Below are positions 1 to 9,143 of a stretch of DNA of 64,000 nt, piece after piece (position 1 is the first letter of the stretch; every line of letters starts with the position of its first letter). The notes below the pieces were generated by a model that saw nothing but the letters and a program-made list of their open reading frames with translations, made no database searches and had not been told where the DNA came from. The stretch is from Candidatus Woesearchaeota archaeon (GTDB taxonomy: Archaea > Nanobdellota > Nanobdellia > Woesearchaeales > JABMPP01). Both the position numbers and the translations under genes were made by a program. The DNA lies in NCBI GenBank assembly GCA_018303405.1, contig JAGVYD010000011.1, forward strand, positions 15,257 through 79,256, read 5' to 3'.

Positions 1-567
1 ATGGAAAACATCTTTTCCACATCAAGGTCATATAAAATTGTTCCATGCTGGAGCAAAATGCCGTCCCTTCGCGTCTGTGCATTGCCTGAGATTTTCTTAA
101 AGTCAGTTATAATGTCATTTATCGGCTTGAATTCGCTTTTTATTCCCAACAAGTCCAGGGATTTAACAATCCATCCGCAAATAAGGTGATAGGATTCAGT
201 GATGCCCTTTGGCATCATCTTTTCAGGCGCAATTACGCTGTAGGTTATTTCTCCACTGGAATCATGGTATACAGCGCCTCCGCCTGTCCTGCGCCTGACA
301 ACATCCACTCCAAGCTCCCTGCACTTATTGAGGTTGACCTCTTCATGAATACCCTGGAAAAAGCCTATGCTCACAGCACTTGGCTCCCAGGTGTAAAATC
401 TAATGGTTGGCACGGATTTGCTCTCAGCAACGGACTTGGAGATAGCCTCATCCAAAGCCATGTTAATAAAAGCATCATTTGCCTGAAGCCTAAGCATTCT
501 CCATTTTGCCATACTAAAACCCCCCTATGAATTACCCTGGTATTTTACTTTGGTGAATTATCCTGTC

Positions 568-909
568 TCAACTGTTTTCCTTTTTCTTTTTTTCTGCCTC
601 ATCCTGCATGCTCTTTTCTGTGCCTGCTGCAATTGCATCCTTGGCAATTTTAACAATATATTCTGGCGTGATTCCCACAAGCTTCATGTCATGCTTTTCA
701 ACAATGCCCTCAAGAAGCTTGAGCATGTCTGCTTTTTCGAAGAAAATGCTTTTTCCAATGAAAATTTCCTCCAGCTCATTGATTTTATCTTCAGGATGTA
801 TGAAGAAATCCCCTGTTATTGCAGCTGAGAATATTTTGCCATTGTCAAAATTAAGCTTTACCCTAACCAATTTTCCGCCCGGGACCTTTTCGCTTGCCGT
901 GCCTATCAT
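568..909 (-). CDS. Lipoate-protein ligase C-terminal domain protein (LplB-like)
   Basis: 113 aa. Motif pattern GKLVRVKLNFDNGKI...ITGDFF..PED matches the C-terminal accessory domain of bipartite archaeal lipoate-protein ligases. Recognised by family similarity from memory only. Confidence 0.4.
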   Translation of the reverse strand: MIGTASEKVPGGKLVRVKLNFDNGKIFSAAITGDFFIHPEDKINELEEIFIGKSIFFEKADMLKLLEGIVEKHDMKLVGITPEYIVKIAKDAIAAGTEKSMQDEAEKKKKENS

Positions 910-1034
910 AAGTCAAAATCCCCCCTATAATATCACAATATCCTACTACTAACTACTTCTGGCGGCTGATATTATAATAAGCTTTGCACTGGCCTGCCTC
1001 TTTATTATGCATCCCTGGCCATGCTGCTTAAGCC

Positions 1035-1339
1035 CAGTTGAAAATCTCGCTCACAAAGTTCGCTCGGTCAGCATCGGCTTCGTGCTTTATGATTTATGAA
1101 TGATGTCGTATCCCCGCAACGGTTTCGCCCCTTGACGACGAAATTAGCCTTGAGGGGATTTTCGTTACACTCAATCCCCTGAACTCCATGCTGATTAAAA
1201 TGCGGTTCGGGAGACTTCCAAAGGAATGTCTCCCCGGCTTCCGTGCGAACTGAGGCCGGCTTAGGGACGACCCCCTCCGGCATTGACATGCCTATGCGAG
1301 GAGCACTGCGCAACTTGATGCTGACACTATTTTCAACTG
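1035..1339. ncRNA. GC-rich highly structured intergenic element, candidate ncRNA of unknown class
   Basis: About 300 nt, much more GC-rich than its flanks. Termini are complementary (1035-1045 cagttgaaaat with 1329-1339 attttcaactg; 1067-1075 gtcagcatc with 1317-1325 gatgctgac). Multiple internal perfect hairpins, e.g. AGGGGATT...AATCCCCT, GGGAGAC...GTCTCCC and GCCGGC...GCCGGC. Contains one copy of the ~50-nt hairpin repeat also found near tRNA-Ser. The overlapping 131-aa minus-strand ORF is probably a shadow ORF. Confidence 0.3.
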
Positions 1340-1440
1340 AGCACATGCTGCTTAATAACCAATAAAAACATTTATAATGCTGAATGTTAAATACCTTCTT
1401 ATAGATATTTGTATACAACATAAAGGGAAAAAGAGGCCAC

Positions 1441-2409
1441 ATGCCAGTCTTTGAAATAACCAAGGCAGATTTCAGCAGGTTCTTGCAGGATATTATGAAA
1501 AACTATGAGCTTATAGCCCCTGTTAAGACTGACCTTGTAAGATTTCAGCCAATAAAGGACATCTCTCTCATCCACCTTGCAGAAAATTCATTTTTTCCAG
1601 TCAAAGAATTTTTTTTCAGGAAGCAGGAAACACTGTTCACTTTTAATGGCGGGAAAATTGAAGTAAAGCTTGATGCTCCAAAGAAAAGGGCTTTTTTTGG
1701 GCTGAGAAGATGCGACCTGAACGCCATAATGCACCAGGACAGGGCATTCCTGTCAAATACCCCTGACCCATATTACAAAGCGCAGCGCGATGGAGCCCTG
1801 CTTTTAGGCTATCACTGCAACGAAGCGCCAAGCATCTACTGCTTCTGCGGCAGCATGGACCTAAAGGATTTCTTTGACATCATGTTCTTTGACAGGGGGC
1901 GCTGCTACCTGGCCGAGACTGGCAGTGAAAAAGGCGAAGCAGTGATTGCGAAGTCAAAAAAAATGTTCAAGCCAAGCAATTACAGCATTACCGAGTCTGA
2001 CAAGAAAATTGAGGGCACGGACCGGCTGCTCAACAAGGATATTTCTGAACTGTACGACCACCCGGACTGGAAAAAGGGAGTGGACATGTGCATAAGCTGC
2101 GGAGCATGCACAAGCCTTTGCCCGACCTGCTACTGCTTTGAGGTGCACGACCAGACGGAGTTAAAAGACCCAAAAAAATCAAAGCGGGAAAGAACATGGT
2201 CATCATGCCAGGTGAAGGAATTTACCAAGGTTGCAGGCGGCCATGTATTCAGGGACAAGCGGGAGGACAGGTTTAAGCACCGCATCTATCACCAGCTGGA
2301 GTATTTCAGGGAACAGCACGGCATTGACTTATGCGTTGGCTGCGGAAGATGCATAACAGCATGCCCGACCAAGATTGATTTTGTAAAAATAATCAATGAG
2401 ATGAAATGA
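1441..2409 (+). CDS. hydB: Sulfhydrogenase-type [NiFe]-hydrogenase beta subunit (Fe-S protein)
   Basis: 322 aa with two ferredoxin-like Cys clusters (CISCGACTSLCPTCYC and CVGCGRCITACP). First gene of a B-G-D-A subunit order typical of group 3b sulfhydrogenase. Confidence 0.75.
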   Translation: MPVFEITKADFSRFLQDIMKNYELIAPVKTDLVRFQPIKDISLIHLAENSFFPVKEFFFRKQETLFTFNGGKIEVKLDAPKKRAFFGLRRCDLNAIMHQDRAFLSNTPDPYYKAQRDGALLLGYHCNEAPSIYCFCGSMDLKDFFDIMFFDRGRCYLAETGSEKGEAVIAKSKKMFKPSNYSITESDKKIEGTDRLLNKDISELYDHPDWKKGVDMCISCGACTSLCPTCYCFEVHDQTELKDPKKSKRERTWSSCQVKEFTKVAGGHVFRDKREDRFKHRIYHQLEYFREQHGIDLCVGCGRCITACPTKIDFVKIINEMK

Positions 2410-2481
2410 CATTTTAATTGCATATAACTGCATACTAATAAAACCCATTTTGAATGGCCAGACCAAAAAAGACCCCTAAGA

Positions 2482-3342
2482 ATGGCACCAAAAAACCAGC
2501 AAAGCCGGACTGAGCAATTCACAACAGCAATAAATGAAAACCCTTACATCCCGATTGCTGCCAAAGTAGCTGAAACCTTCAGGGAATCCCACGACAATTT
2601 CACATTGACACTTGACATTAAGATTCGGCATGGCCCCGGGCAGTTTGTCCAAATAAGCCTGCCCGGCATCGGGGAATGTCCCATCTCCATTTGCTCCCAT
2701 GAAGGAGAGGACTTGAAGCTCAATGTCCGCGAAGTCGGCAACATGACAAGGGCATTGGCTAAATTGCAGGCAGGAGACCGGGTGTTTATCAGGGGGCCTT
2801 ATGGCACGGGATATCCCATGAAATTGCTGGAAGGCAATAGCATCCTTCTGGTCGGCGGCGGGTGTGGCGTTGCACCTCTGAAAGGGATTATTGAATATCT
2901 TGAGCATAACCGGAAAAGCTACAAGGATGTGCATTTGGTATTTGGCTTCAGGAGCCCCGATGATATTCTTTTCAAAAGGGAATCGGCCAAGTGGGCAAGC
3001 AAGTATAACGTGGTTGTAAGTGTTGACAATGACCCGTACAAAGGCGATGTCGCAGCATGCTATACCGGGCCTGTTGGCTTTGTGACTGATGTGCTGAAAA
3101 AGCAGGATGTATCCCCCAATCAGACTGTTGCCTTCATCTGCGGCCCGCCAATCATGATGAAGTTCGTTATTGACATCCTCAAGTCAAAGGGCTTCCATGA
3201 CGACCAGATTTTCATATCCGCAGAGCGCCTGATGTACTGCGCAATTGGCAAGTGCTGCCATTGCATGATCCGCGGCAAATTCACCTGCATGGACGGGCCG
3301 GTTTTCAGGTATGACCGGGTAAATAAATTTACAAATGACTAG
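2482..3342 (+). CDS. hydG: Sulfhydrogenase gamma subunit (FAD/NAD(P)-binding oxidoreductase with 2Fe-2S)
   Basis: 286 aa. GGGCGVAPL nucleotide-binding motif of PyrK-like oxidoreductases. C-terminal Cys cluster CAIGKCCHCMIRGKFTCMDGP. Confidence 0.75.
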   Translation: MAPKNQQSRTEQFTTAINENPYIPIAAKVAETFRESHDNFTLTLDIKIRHGPGQFVQISLPGIGECPISICSHEGEDLKLNVREVGNMTRALAKLQAGDRVFIRGPYGTGYPMKLLEGNSILLVGGGCGVAPLKGIIEYLEHNRKSYKDVHLVFGFRSPDDILFKRESAKWASKYNVVVSVDNDPYKGDVAACYTGPVGFVTDVLKKQDVSPNQTVAFICGPPIMMKFVIDILKSKGFHDDQIFISAERLMYCAIGKCCHCMIRGKFTCMDGPVFRYDRVNKFTND

Positions 3343-3366
3343 GCAAAATGCCTGCTGAGCGAAACC

Positions 3367-4158
3367 ATGAAAAAAGAAAATAATCCAAAGCAAAAATTGA
3401 AAATAGGATTTTATGGAATTACCAGCTGCGCAGGATGCCAGCTCAGCGTGCTTTTCAATGAGGATGAAATCCTGGACCTGTTCGAGATAATTGATGTGAC
3501 TGCCTTTCCATTTGTCAGGGAAAAGAACATAGACCAGGAGTTTGACTTTGTGTTTCTGGAGGGACTTGTAGCGTCAGTTGCAGACCTGGAAGTGGCCAAG
3601 AAGCTCAGGGAAAGGGCAAAATGCCTTGTTGCCCTGGGGGCATGCGCACATACGGGCTGTGTCCCTGCCTACAGAAATTTCACCCTCAAGGAAAACTATG
3701 AGCACCTTCTTTATACCAAAAACAAAAGCATTGAAGACCTGGACCCTTCGCCGGTTGACGCGCATGTCAAAGTGGATTACACCATACCCGGCTGTCCGCC
3801 GGACAAGAAGGAGATATTGACTTTCATAAAGGACATTGTTGCAGGCAAGGAGCCAAAGGCATACAACAACCCCGTTTGCATTGAATGCAGGCGAAACAAC
3901 AACCTTTGCCTCCTGGAAATTGGGAGGCCATGCCTTGGCCCAATCACGCGCGGCGGATGCAATGCAGTCTGCATAAATGGAGGCTTTGAATGCTGGGGAT
4001 GCAGGGGCCACACCGATGATGCAAACATCCCGACAATGGTAAAGCTATTGGAAAGCAAAGGATTTGACAAGAAATTTATCCACAACAGGATGAGGAGCTT
4101 TGTAGGCTTGAAAATTTCAAAGGAAACAGAGGCGCTGCTGAATGACGGAAACCATTAG
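3367..4158 (+). CDS. hydD: [NiFe]-hydrogenase small (delta) subunit
   Basis: 263 aa. N-terminal GITSCAGCQLS motif plus further Cys ligands (GACAHTGC, PGCPP, CIEC) typical of hydrogenase small subunits. Confidence 0.8.
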   Translation: MKKENNPKQKLKIGFYGITSCAGCQLSVLFNEDEILDLFEIIDVTAFPFVREKNIDQEFDFVFLEGLVASVADLEVAKKLRERAKCLVALGACAHTGCVPAYRNFTLKENYEHLLYTKNKSIEDLDPSPVDAHVKVDYTIPGCPPDKKEILTFIKDIVAGKEPKAYNNPVCIECRRNNNLCLLEIGRPCLGPITRGGCNAVCINGGFECWGCRGHTDDANIPTMVKLLESKGFDKKFIHNRMRSFVGLKISKETEALLNDGNH

Positions 4159-5464
4159 CCTTAACCATCTGACAAAAATCGAGGGCCATGCAACATTGGC
4201 GCTTCAAATCGATGGCATGCAAATCAAGAAATGCGAGCTGAGCTCAGTCGAAGGCTCGCGCTATTTTGAGGGAATTCTGAAAGGGCATTACTATTATGAG
4301 GCCAGCGAGATTTCCTCGCGGATCTGCGGAATATGCAGCTGCGCCCATACAGTGGCTGCCATAATTGCGATCGAAAGGGCACTTGACGTGACCCCGAGCC
4401 CACAAACTGTGGCGCTGCGAAAGCTTTTGACAATAGGGGAGCGCATCAGAAGCCATGCCACGCACCTTTATTTTCTTGCCCTGCCTGATTACCTTGGCTA
4501 TGAATCAGCGCTCTCGATGCTGCCAAAGTACAAAAAAGAAATCCAGCGCGCTCTGAAAATGATGAAAGTCGGCAATGAAATCATCAAGGTTGTCGGTGGC
4601 CGCGACCTGCATCCGGTCAGCGCAACAGTCGGCGGATTCCTGAAATTCCCACCGCCTGAGCAAATTCTGGACCTCAAGACAAAGCTTGGCTCAATTGCAG
4701 GAGACGTGGAAGAGACAGCCAAATTCATAGGCTCCCTGAAAAATCCGGATTATTCGCACAAGACTGAGTATTTTTCACTTTATAACGGCAGGACATACTC
4801 AATCTTCATGGGACACATCAGGTCAAAAAGCAATGATTTCACGCAGAAGGAATACCACAAGTACATAAAGGAATACCATGAGCCATATTCAACTGCCAAC
4901 TTTGTGGTAAAAGAAGGCAAAAGCTACATGGTCGGGGCGCTGGCAAGGCTGAACAACAACCACAGCCACCTGAATCAGCCGGCAAAAAAACTGGTAAAAA
5001 GCCTTGGATTAAAATTCCCCGTCACCAACCCGTTCATGAACAACCTGGCGCAGGCAATAGAGCTGGTGCATTATGTTGACCGGGGCATGGAGATTTGTGC
5101 CAGCCTGAAGAATGTGGCGTCCGAGCCATTGAAAAAGATCCAGGTGAAGGAAGGGCACGGCATATCAGCAATAGAAGTCCCGCGCGGGACGCTCTGGCAC
5201 GAATATGTGCTCGACAAAGAGGGCAAAATCACTTATGCAAATATTGTCACACCGACTGCGCAAAACCTCAGGAACATGCAGGATGACATAAGGGACCTGC
5301 TGCCGGGCATACTCCATCTGCCCAACAACCAGCTTGTTGTGGAAATTGAGAAGCTGATAAGGAGTTATGACCCATGCTTTTCATGCTCAACTCATTTTCT
5401 GAAAGTAAAGTGGCTCAAGGGCAGCAAGAACAGGAAGATTCCAAGCCAAAAAAGTAATAAATAA
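4142..5464 (+). CDS. hydA: [NiFe]-hydrogenase large (alpha) subunit
   Basis: 440 aa. N-terminal RICGICSCAH (RxCGxCxxxH) and C-terminal DPCFSCSTH (DPCxxCxxH) Ni-Fe ligand motifs. A short tail after the His is the expected substrate for a maturation endopeptidase. Confidence 0.9.
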   Translation: MTETISLNHLTKIEGHATLALQIDGMQIKKCELSSVEGSRYFEGILKGHYYYEASEISSRICGICSCAHTVAAIIAIERALDVTPSPQTVALRKLLTIGERIRSHATHLYFLALPDYLGYESALSMLPKYKKEIQRALKMMKVGNEIIKVVGGRDLHPVSATVGGFLKFPPPEQILDLKTKLGSIAGDVEETAKFIGSLKNPDYSHKTEYFSLYNGRTYSIFMGHIRSKSNDFTQKEYHKYIKEYHEPYSTANFVVKEGKSYMVGALARLNNNHSHLNQPAKKLVKSLGLKFPVTNPFMNNLAQAIELVHYVDRGMEICASLKNVASEPLKKIQVKEGHGISAIEVPRGTLWHEYVLDKEGKITYANIVTPTAQNLRNMQDDIRDLLPGILHLPNNQLVVEIEKLIRSYDPCFSCSTHFLKVKWLKGSKNRKIPSQKSNK

Positions 5465-5478
5465 AAAAAATAATATTC

Positions 5479-6210
5479 TTATGCCAGCTTCCTGTAAACA
5501 TCGCCGTACAGGGAATAGCTGAACACTCCAACCACAAAAAACATCACTGCCAGGCCTATGAACAGCACCAGGTTGAGCAAGGCGGCAATTATGGCTGAGC
5601 ATATCAGCACAATTATCCATGTCAGGAAATAGTCTCCAGAAAAGGCCATGCCGAGCACTTTCCTGAACTGGAACGCGCTGCCAAATTTATTGGTTGCAAC
5701 GTAGTTCAGGACAGCCATCGGCAACATGTACCATGCCAAAAGCGCAAACAGGAATGCCAGCAACAGGATTGGCGCAAATGCCATTACCGCAGGAACTGCC
5801 TGGTACCAATTTTGCCTCAGGATAGCTTCAAGCGCCGCAGCATCGCCACCACCGGCAGCGAACTCCTTAACCATGTCAATCGGCACAATTGTCCCAACAT
5901 AGGTCCTGAAAAGCGAAACCAGGAAGGTTGCCGAGCCAATCATTGCGATGATCAATGCGGGAAGCATGTAAATTACAGTAATAACTGTTGAGGCAAGCCC
6001 CTTCACAAACATTTCACCCCAGTTTTCCCATTCCTGCAATTTGGCCGATGCCTTAACTTTTCCAACACCTGATGATTCCAGGATGTAACCCTTTGTAAAC
6101 CATTTAACAATTGGTATGAGGCTCAGGAGAACCCCTATAATGAACGCTTTCCAATTTGTAAATGGCTTCTTTATAGCTTTCGCAAAATCTACCATCTTTT
6201 CACCACCCAC
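5479..6210 (-). CDS. Hypothetical polytopic membrane protein
   Basis: 243 aa with several hydrophobic helices (e.g. FIIGVLLSLIPIV, LAFLFALLAWYMLPMAVL). No recognisable catalytic motif. Confidence 0.4.
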   Translation of the reverse strand: MGGEKMVDFAKAIKKPFTNWKAFIIGVLLSLIPIVKWFTKGYILESSGVGKVKASAKLQEWENWGEMFVKGLASTVITVIYMLPALIIAMIGSATFLVSLFRTYVGTIVPIDMVKEFAAGGGDAAALEAILRQNWYQAVPAVMAFAPILLLAFLFALLAWYMLPMAVLNYVATNKFGSAFQFRKVLGMAFSGDYFLTWIIVLICSAIIAALLNLVLFIGLAVMFFVVGVFSYSLYGDVYRKLA

Positions 6211-6293
6211 CTCTTTATTATCCGAATTTTATAGCCAACATGGCTATTCCTATGTGCATGCCAGGGATTTTACACTTTAAATAATTAACTATT

Positions 6294-6662
6294 TTATAGT
6301 AGTTCAAGCTTGAGGCGCTTTTCCAGCTTATCCATGGGATATTTGGCCGGTACAGCAATAAGCCTGACTTTGGACTTTGTGTTGAGCTTTTTCAGCAGCT
6401 TAAGGAAAAAAGCAAGGTCAAAGTCATGCAGGCTGACCATTTTGGAGGATTCAAGCTGTGCAAGATCGCTTATCACCTGAGCCTCCTTGATTCCCGTGGC
6501 CACATCAAGGATGGCAAAATCCTTGTCCATGTAGAACATAATCTCTTCCGGGGAGTTGCAGCTGACCATCTCAATCCCGTCCAGCTTGAGCCTTTTGGCT
6601 GTCTGCTGGGCAAGACTGTCATCCTTAACATAAGGGTTTCCGAAACATAAGACATATTTCAT
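6294..6662 (-). CDS. Hydrogenase maturation endopeptidase (HycI/FrhD-like)
   Basis: 122 aa. N-terminal VLCFGNPYVKDDSLA resembles the GNxxxxDDGxG signature of hydrogenase maturation proteases. Located immediately downstream of the hydrogenase structural genes. Confidence 0.55.
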   Translation of the reverse strand: MKYVLCFGNPYVKDDSLAQQTAKRLKLDGIEMVSCNSPEEIMFYMDKDFAILDVATGIKEAQVISDLAQLESSKMVSLHDFDLAFFLKLLKKLNTKSKVRLIAVPAKYPMDKLEKRLKLELL

Positions 6663-6668
6663 GGCTGA

Positions 6669-7637
6669 ATGGCTTCAAATGTGATAAAATATATAAATAA
6701 TGCCCTGCTTTTGGATGGCATGAAAAAAGAGATGGCACTGGCTTCTGTTCTGGCTACAGCTGTTATCAGCGGCTTTGCCATATTTGCCAATAAATTTGGA
6801 GTTACAGGAATCAATAGTTCAGTTTATACCTTTGCCAGGCTAATCATTGTGGCTGCCTTTATGTTTGCAACCATCTTTTTTTTGGGCAATTTCTCACAAT
6901 TGAAAAAGCTTTCACGTAAGCAATGGCTGTCATTGGCCGCGGTCGGGCTGGTCGGCGGGTCCATCCCATTTTTACTGTTCTTTCGCGGGCTTCAGCTTGT
7001 ATCAGGCCCTGCAGGGTCGTTTATCCAGAAGACAATGTTCATTTTTGTGGCAATTGTTGCAGTGGCATTCCTCAAGGAAAAATTAAACCTTGGTATGATA
7101 GTCGGCGGGATTCTGCTTCTCGCTGGCAATTTCATCTTCCTGCAATTATGGACACAGGATTTTGCATGGGGCACAGGCCACACCTTGGTCCTGATTGCCA
7201 CTCTGTTCTGGGCAGTCGAGAACACCTATTCAAAGTATTTGCTCAGAAACATGCCTGGCAATGTGCTTGCATTCGGGCGAATGTCCTTTGGCTCACTATT
7301 CATATTGGTTTATCTGGCCTTTACTGGCGAGATTGCCCTTATGGCATCCTTAACCCAAGACCAAATGTTGTGGATTCTTGCAACTTCAGTCATATTGTTT
7401 GGCTATGTCCTAACCTGGTACAATGGATTAAAAGACCTAAGCGTCACAGCCGCGACCAGCATACTATTGCTGGGCTCGCCAATCACAACAGCACTAAATC
7501 ATTTTTTTTCAGATGCAGCTATTATTCCCGCACAAATCCTGGGCACGGTCATGATCCTGGCAGGGATTATTATAATGCTGGTCATTGCGGAAAAAATCAC
7601 TCTGCCATTTCAACAGCAAAGCCGTGATGTATCCTGA
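6669..7637 (+). CDS. EamA/DMT-superfamily transporter
   Basis: 322 aa with about 10 TM helices in two homologous halves, typical of drug/metabolite transporter family proteins. Confidence 0.65.
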   Translation: MASNVIKYINNALLLDGMKKEMALASVLATAVISGFAIFANKFGVTGINSSVYTFARLIIVAAFMFATIFFLGNFSQLKKLSRKQWLSLAAVGLVGGSIPFLLFFRGLQLVSGPAGSFIQKTMFIFVAIVAVAFLKEKLNLGMIVGGILLLAGNFIFLQLWTQDFAWGTGHTLVLIATLFWAVENTYSKYLLRNMPGNVLAFGRMSFGSLFILVYLAFTGEIALMASLTQDQMLWILATSVILFGYVLTWYNGLKDLSVTAATSILLLGSPITTALNHFFSDAAIIPAQILGTVMILAGIIIMLVIAEKITLPFQQQSRDVS

Positions 7638-8106
7638 CCTTGTCGCCTTTCTTGGCGCCAGGCACATAGAATGAACCTACAACCCTTGTTTTTCCCCTGC
7701 CGTATTTCACAATGAAGAAATCATCCCTTTTCTCGATTATCTCTGCCGTGTGCACCTTGCACAGTTCCCTGAAAACATTTGGCGCGATTGCATAAGAGCC
7801 ATCGCCCGCTTCAATCATGGCGTTGTGCCTGTTGTGAAAATATTCTCTGATTACCTTCAAATCCCAATGGCTCCTGATGCCCATGCTTTCAGCCACGCGA
7901 TCCATCCTTTCAAATGCCTTCCTATATGTGCTTTCCAGAAGCTTCCTTCCAACTTTTCTGTTGTGCATGGCAGCGTTTTCCAGCGCCCTGAATGTCCTGT
8001 CATTTATCTCCCCGCGCTGCTTAATAACATAGGTGCACGGGAATGCGTACCTAAGAAAATAGCTTTCAACTGACACTGCCTTGGGCAGCTTAGCAGGCTT
8101 TGCCAC
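7597..8106 (-). CDS. Hypothetical protein adjacent to hypC
   Basis: 169 aa with no recognised domain. The C-terminal segment GDKVRIHHGFAVEM is reminiscent of the HypC OB-fold tail (GDYVLVHVGFAIE), but there is no MC N-terminus. Convergent overlap of 41 nt with the EamA gene. Confidence 0.3.
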   Translation of the reverse strand: MAKPAKLPKAVSVESYFLRYAFPCTYVIKQRGEINDRTFRALENAAMHNRKVGRKLLESTYRKAFERMDRVAESMGIRSHWDLKVIREYFHNRHNAMIEAGDGSYAIAPNVFRELCKVHTAEIIEKRDDFFIVKYGRGKTRVVGSFYVPGAKKGDKVRIHHGFAVEMAE

Positions 8107-8302
8107 TATGGATCATCTCCAGCCATCTCTCAGCTGCTTTTTTGTTGACTTTCTCAATCACGATTCGGCCCTGCACAATAACATAATCGCCTGGCCTGTA
8201 TTTCCTCTCCACAATTTTTGCCTTTCTTTTTTCAGTGTCGTAATCTATGGTTGCCATGTCTTTGCTGATCTTCAGGATTTTTCCAGGATAGGCCAGGCAC
8301 AT
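8090..8302 (-). CDS. hypC: Hydrogenase maturation factor HypC
   Basis: 70 aa starting MCLAYPGKI, the MCLAIP signature of HypC/HupF. Confidence 0.85.
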   Translation of the reverse strand: MCLAYPGKILKISKDMATIDYDTEKRKAKIVERKYRPGDYVIVQGRIVIEKVNKKAAERWLEMIHSGKAC

Positions 8303-8655
8303 CAGTTTTTCACCTTTTTTGCTTTTTTTACGGTTACCTGCCTTATCCTTATATCCCCACCTTCATAAAGTTTTGGGACTTTTCCGCATTTTTCGCAGAC
8401 ATAAAGGCAGAATTCATGCCCCCTTTCAAGCACTTTTGGATGGCCTGAATGGCCACAGTTGCATTTTGCCTTTGCTTTTATCTCCTTTATCTTTATTTTC
8501 CACTTTGTAAGCGTTTCAAGAATTTCCCTTAGTTCATGGTCATGTATCGGGCCAAGTTCTCCAACGTCGAGGATGATTGACTCTATTTCCCCACCTTTTC
8601 CGGCTTTTTTCTGCGCATCATCAATTATTCTTCTTGCAATGACAGTTTCGTGCAT
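8302..8655 (-). CDS. hypA: Hydrogenase nickel-incorporation protein HypA
   Basis: 117 aa starting MHE. Two CxxC pairs (CNCGH...CEKCG) forming the HypA zinc site. Confidence 0.85.
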   Translation of the reverse strand: MHETVIARRIIDDAQKKAGKGGEIESIILDVGELGPIHDHELREILETLTKWKIKIKEIKAKAKCNCGHSGHPKVLERGHEFCLYVCEKCGKVPKLYEGGDIRIRQVTVKKAKKVKN

Positions 8656-8671
8656 TTTCTTTTGCCTCTTT

Positions 8672-8950
8672 TTATATTATCTCTTTACTTGATTTTAATT
8701 GTAACGTGCCAACGATGAGAATGAGTTGTTGCCAATTTCTAAGCTCTTTTGGAATGACAAGTTCTTTTCCAATTGTTGATTTATCAATCTTATTTAATAA
8801 GCCTAATCTTCTAGTTTCTAAATCTAGCTCTTTTTCTGTTTTAGCTTTCCTAACTCTATCTGCAGTTTCTATCCTGCCATGAGAAACCTTTGTTTTTGTA
8901 ACAGAGTCACTTAGGTTTTTGTCTTTGATGTATTTCTGTTCATTTGACAT
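8672..8950 (-). CDS. Small hypothetical protein (possible AbrB/MazE-like DNA-binding fold)
   Basis: 92 aa encoded in a markedly AT-rich stretch. The C-terminal VIPKELRNW weakly resembles the swapped-hairpin IPKEIR motif. Weak call. Confidence 0.2.
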   Translation of the reverse strand: MSNEQKYIKDKNLSDSVTKTKVSHGRIETADRVRKAKTEKELDLETRRLGLLNKIDKSTIGKELVIPKELRNWQQLILIVGTLQLKSSKEII

Positions 8951-9143
8951 GATTCACTCTCCACTGGACATGTCGTCGTGAAGTATTTAAAGCTTTTCTC
9001 TCTATATTTGTCAAAAAGAGAACACGCAAAACTGCCAAATTAATCTTTTCGATTTCATCGAAAATCTTTTACGCAGTTTCGCTATACATTCCTTTTTTTC
9101 AGGCTCCAAAGTTTAAAAAAATGAAAACTTTGGAGGTGTAAAA

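Noticed and set aside
186-530. 114-aa plus-strand ORF at the window start, and the partial ORF 1-189
   Set aside because: No recognisable motifs. The window edge prevents judging context, so not reported as a feature.
1035-1339. Tried to assign the structured element to SRP RNA, RNase P RNA or 5S rRNA
   Set aside because: Could not find the helix-8 GNRA/AGCA motifs of SRP RNA or the GGAAAGUCCGGGC CR-I of RNase P. Only a partial CCGGCUUA resemblance to CR-V, and 5S motifs do not fit. Left as unclassified candidate ncRNA.
1068-1463. 131-aa minus-strand ORF spanning the GC-rich intergenic block
   Set aside because: It lies entirely within a region whose hairpins and paired termini indicate RNA structure. 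GC-rich structured DNA routinely produces long spurious ORFs. The peptide has no recognisable features.
2476-4085. Several long antisense ORFs inside the hydrogenase genes (e.g. 2476-2934, 3574-4011, 3777-4085)
   Set aside because: Shadow ORFs opposite strongly supported hydrogenase subunit genes, with no motifs.
6923-7627. 234-aa alternative-frame ORF within the EamA transporter gene
   Set aside because: Same strand, different frame. The transporter frame has coherent TM-helix periodicity while this one is Arg/Cys-rich nonsense.
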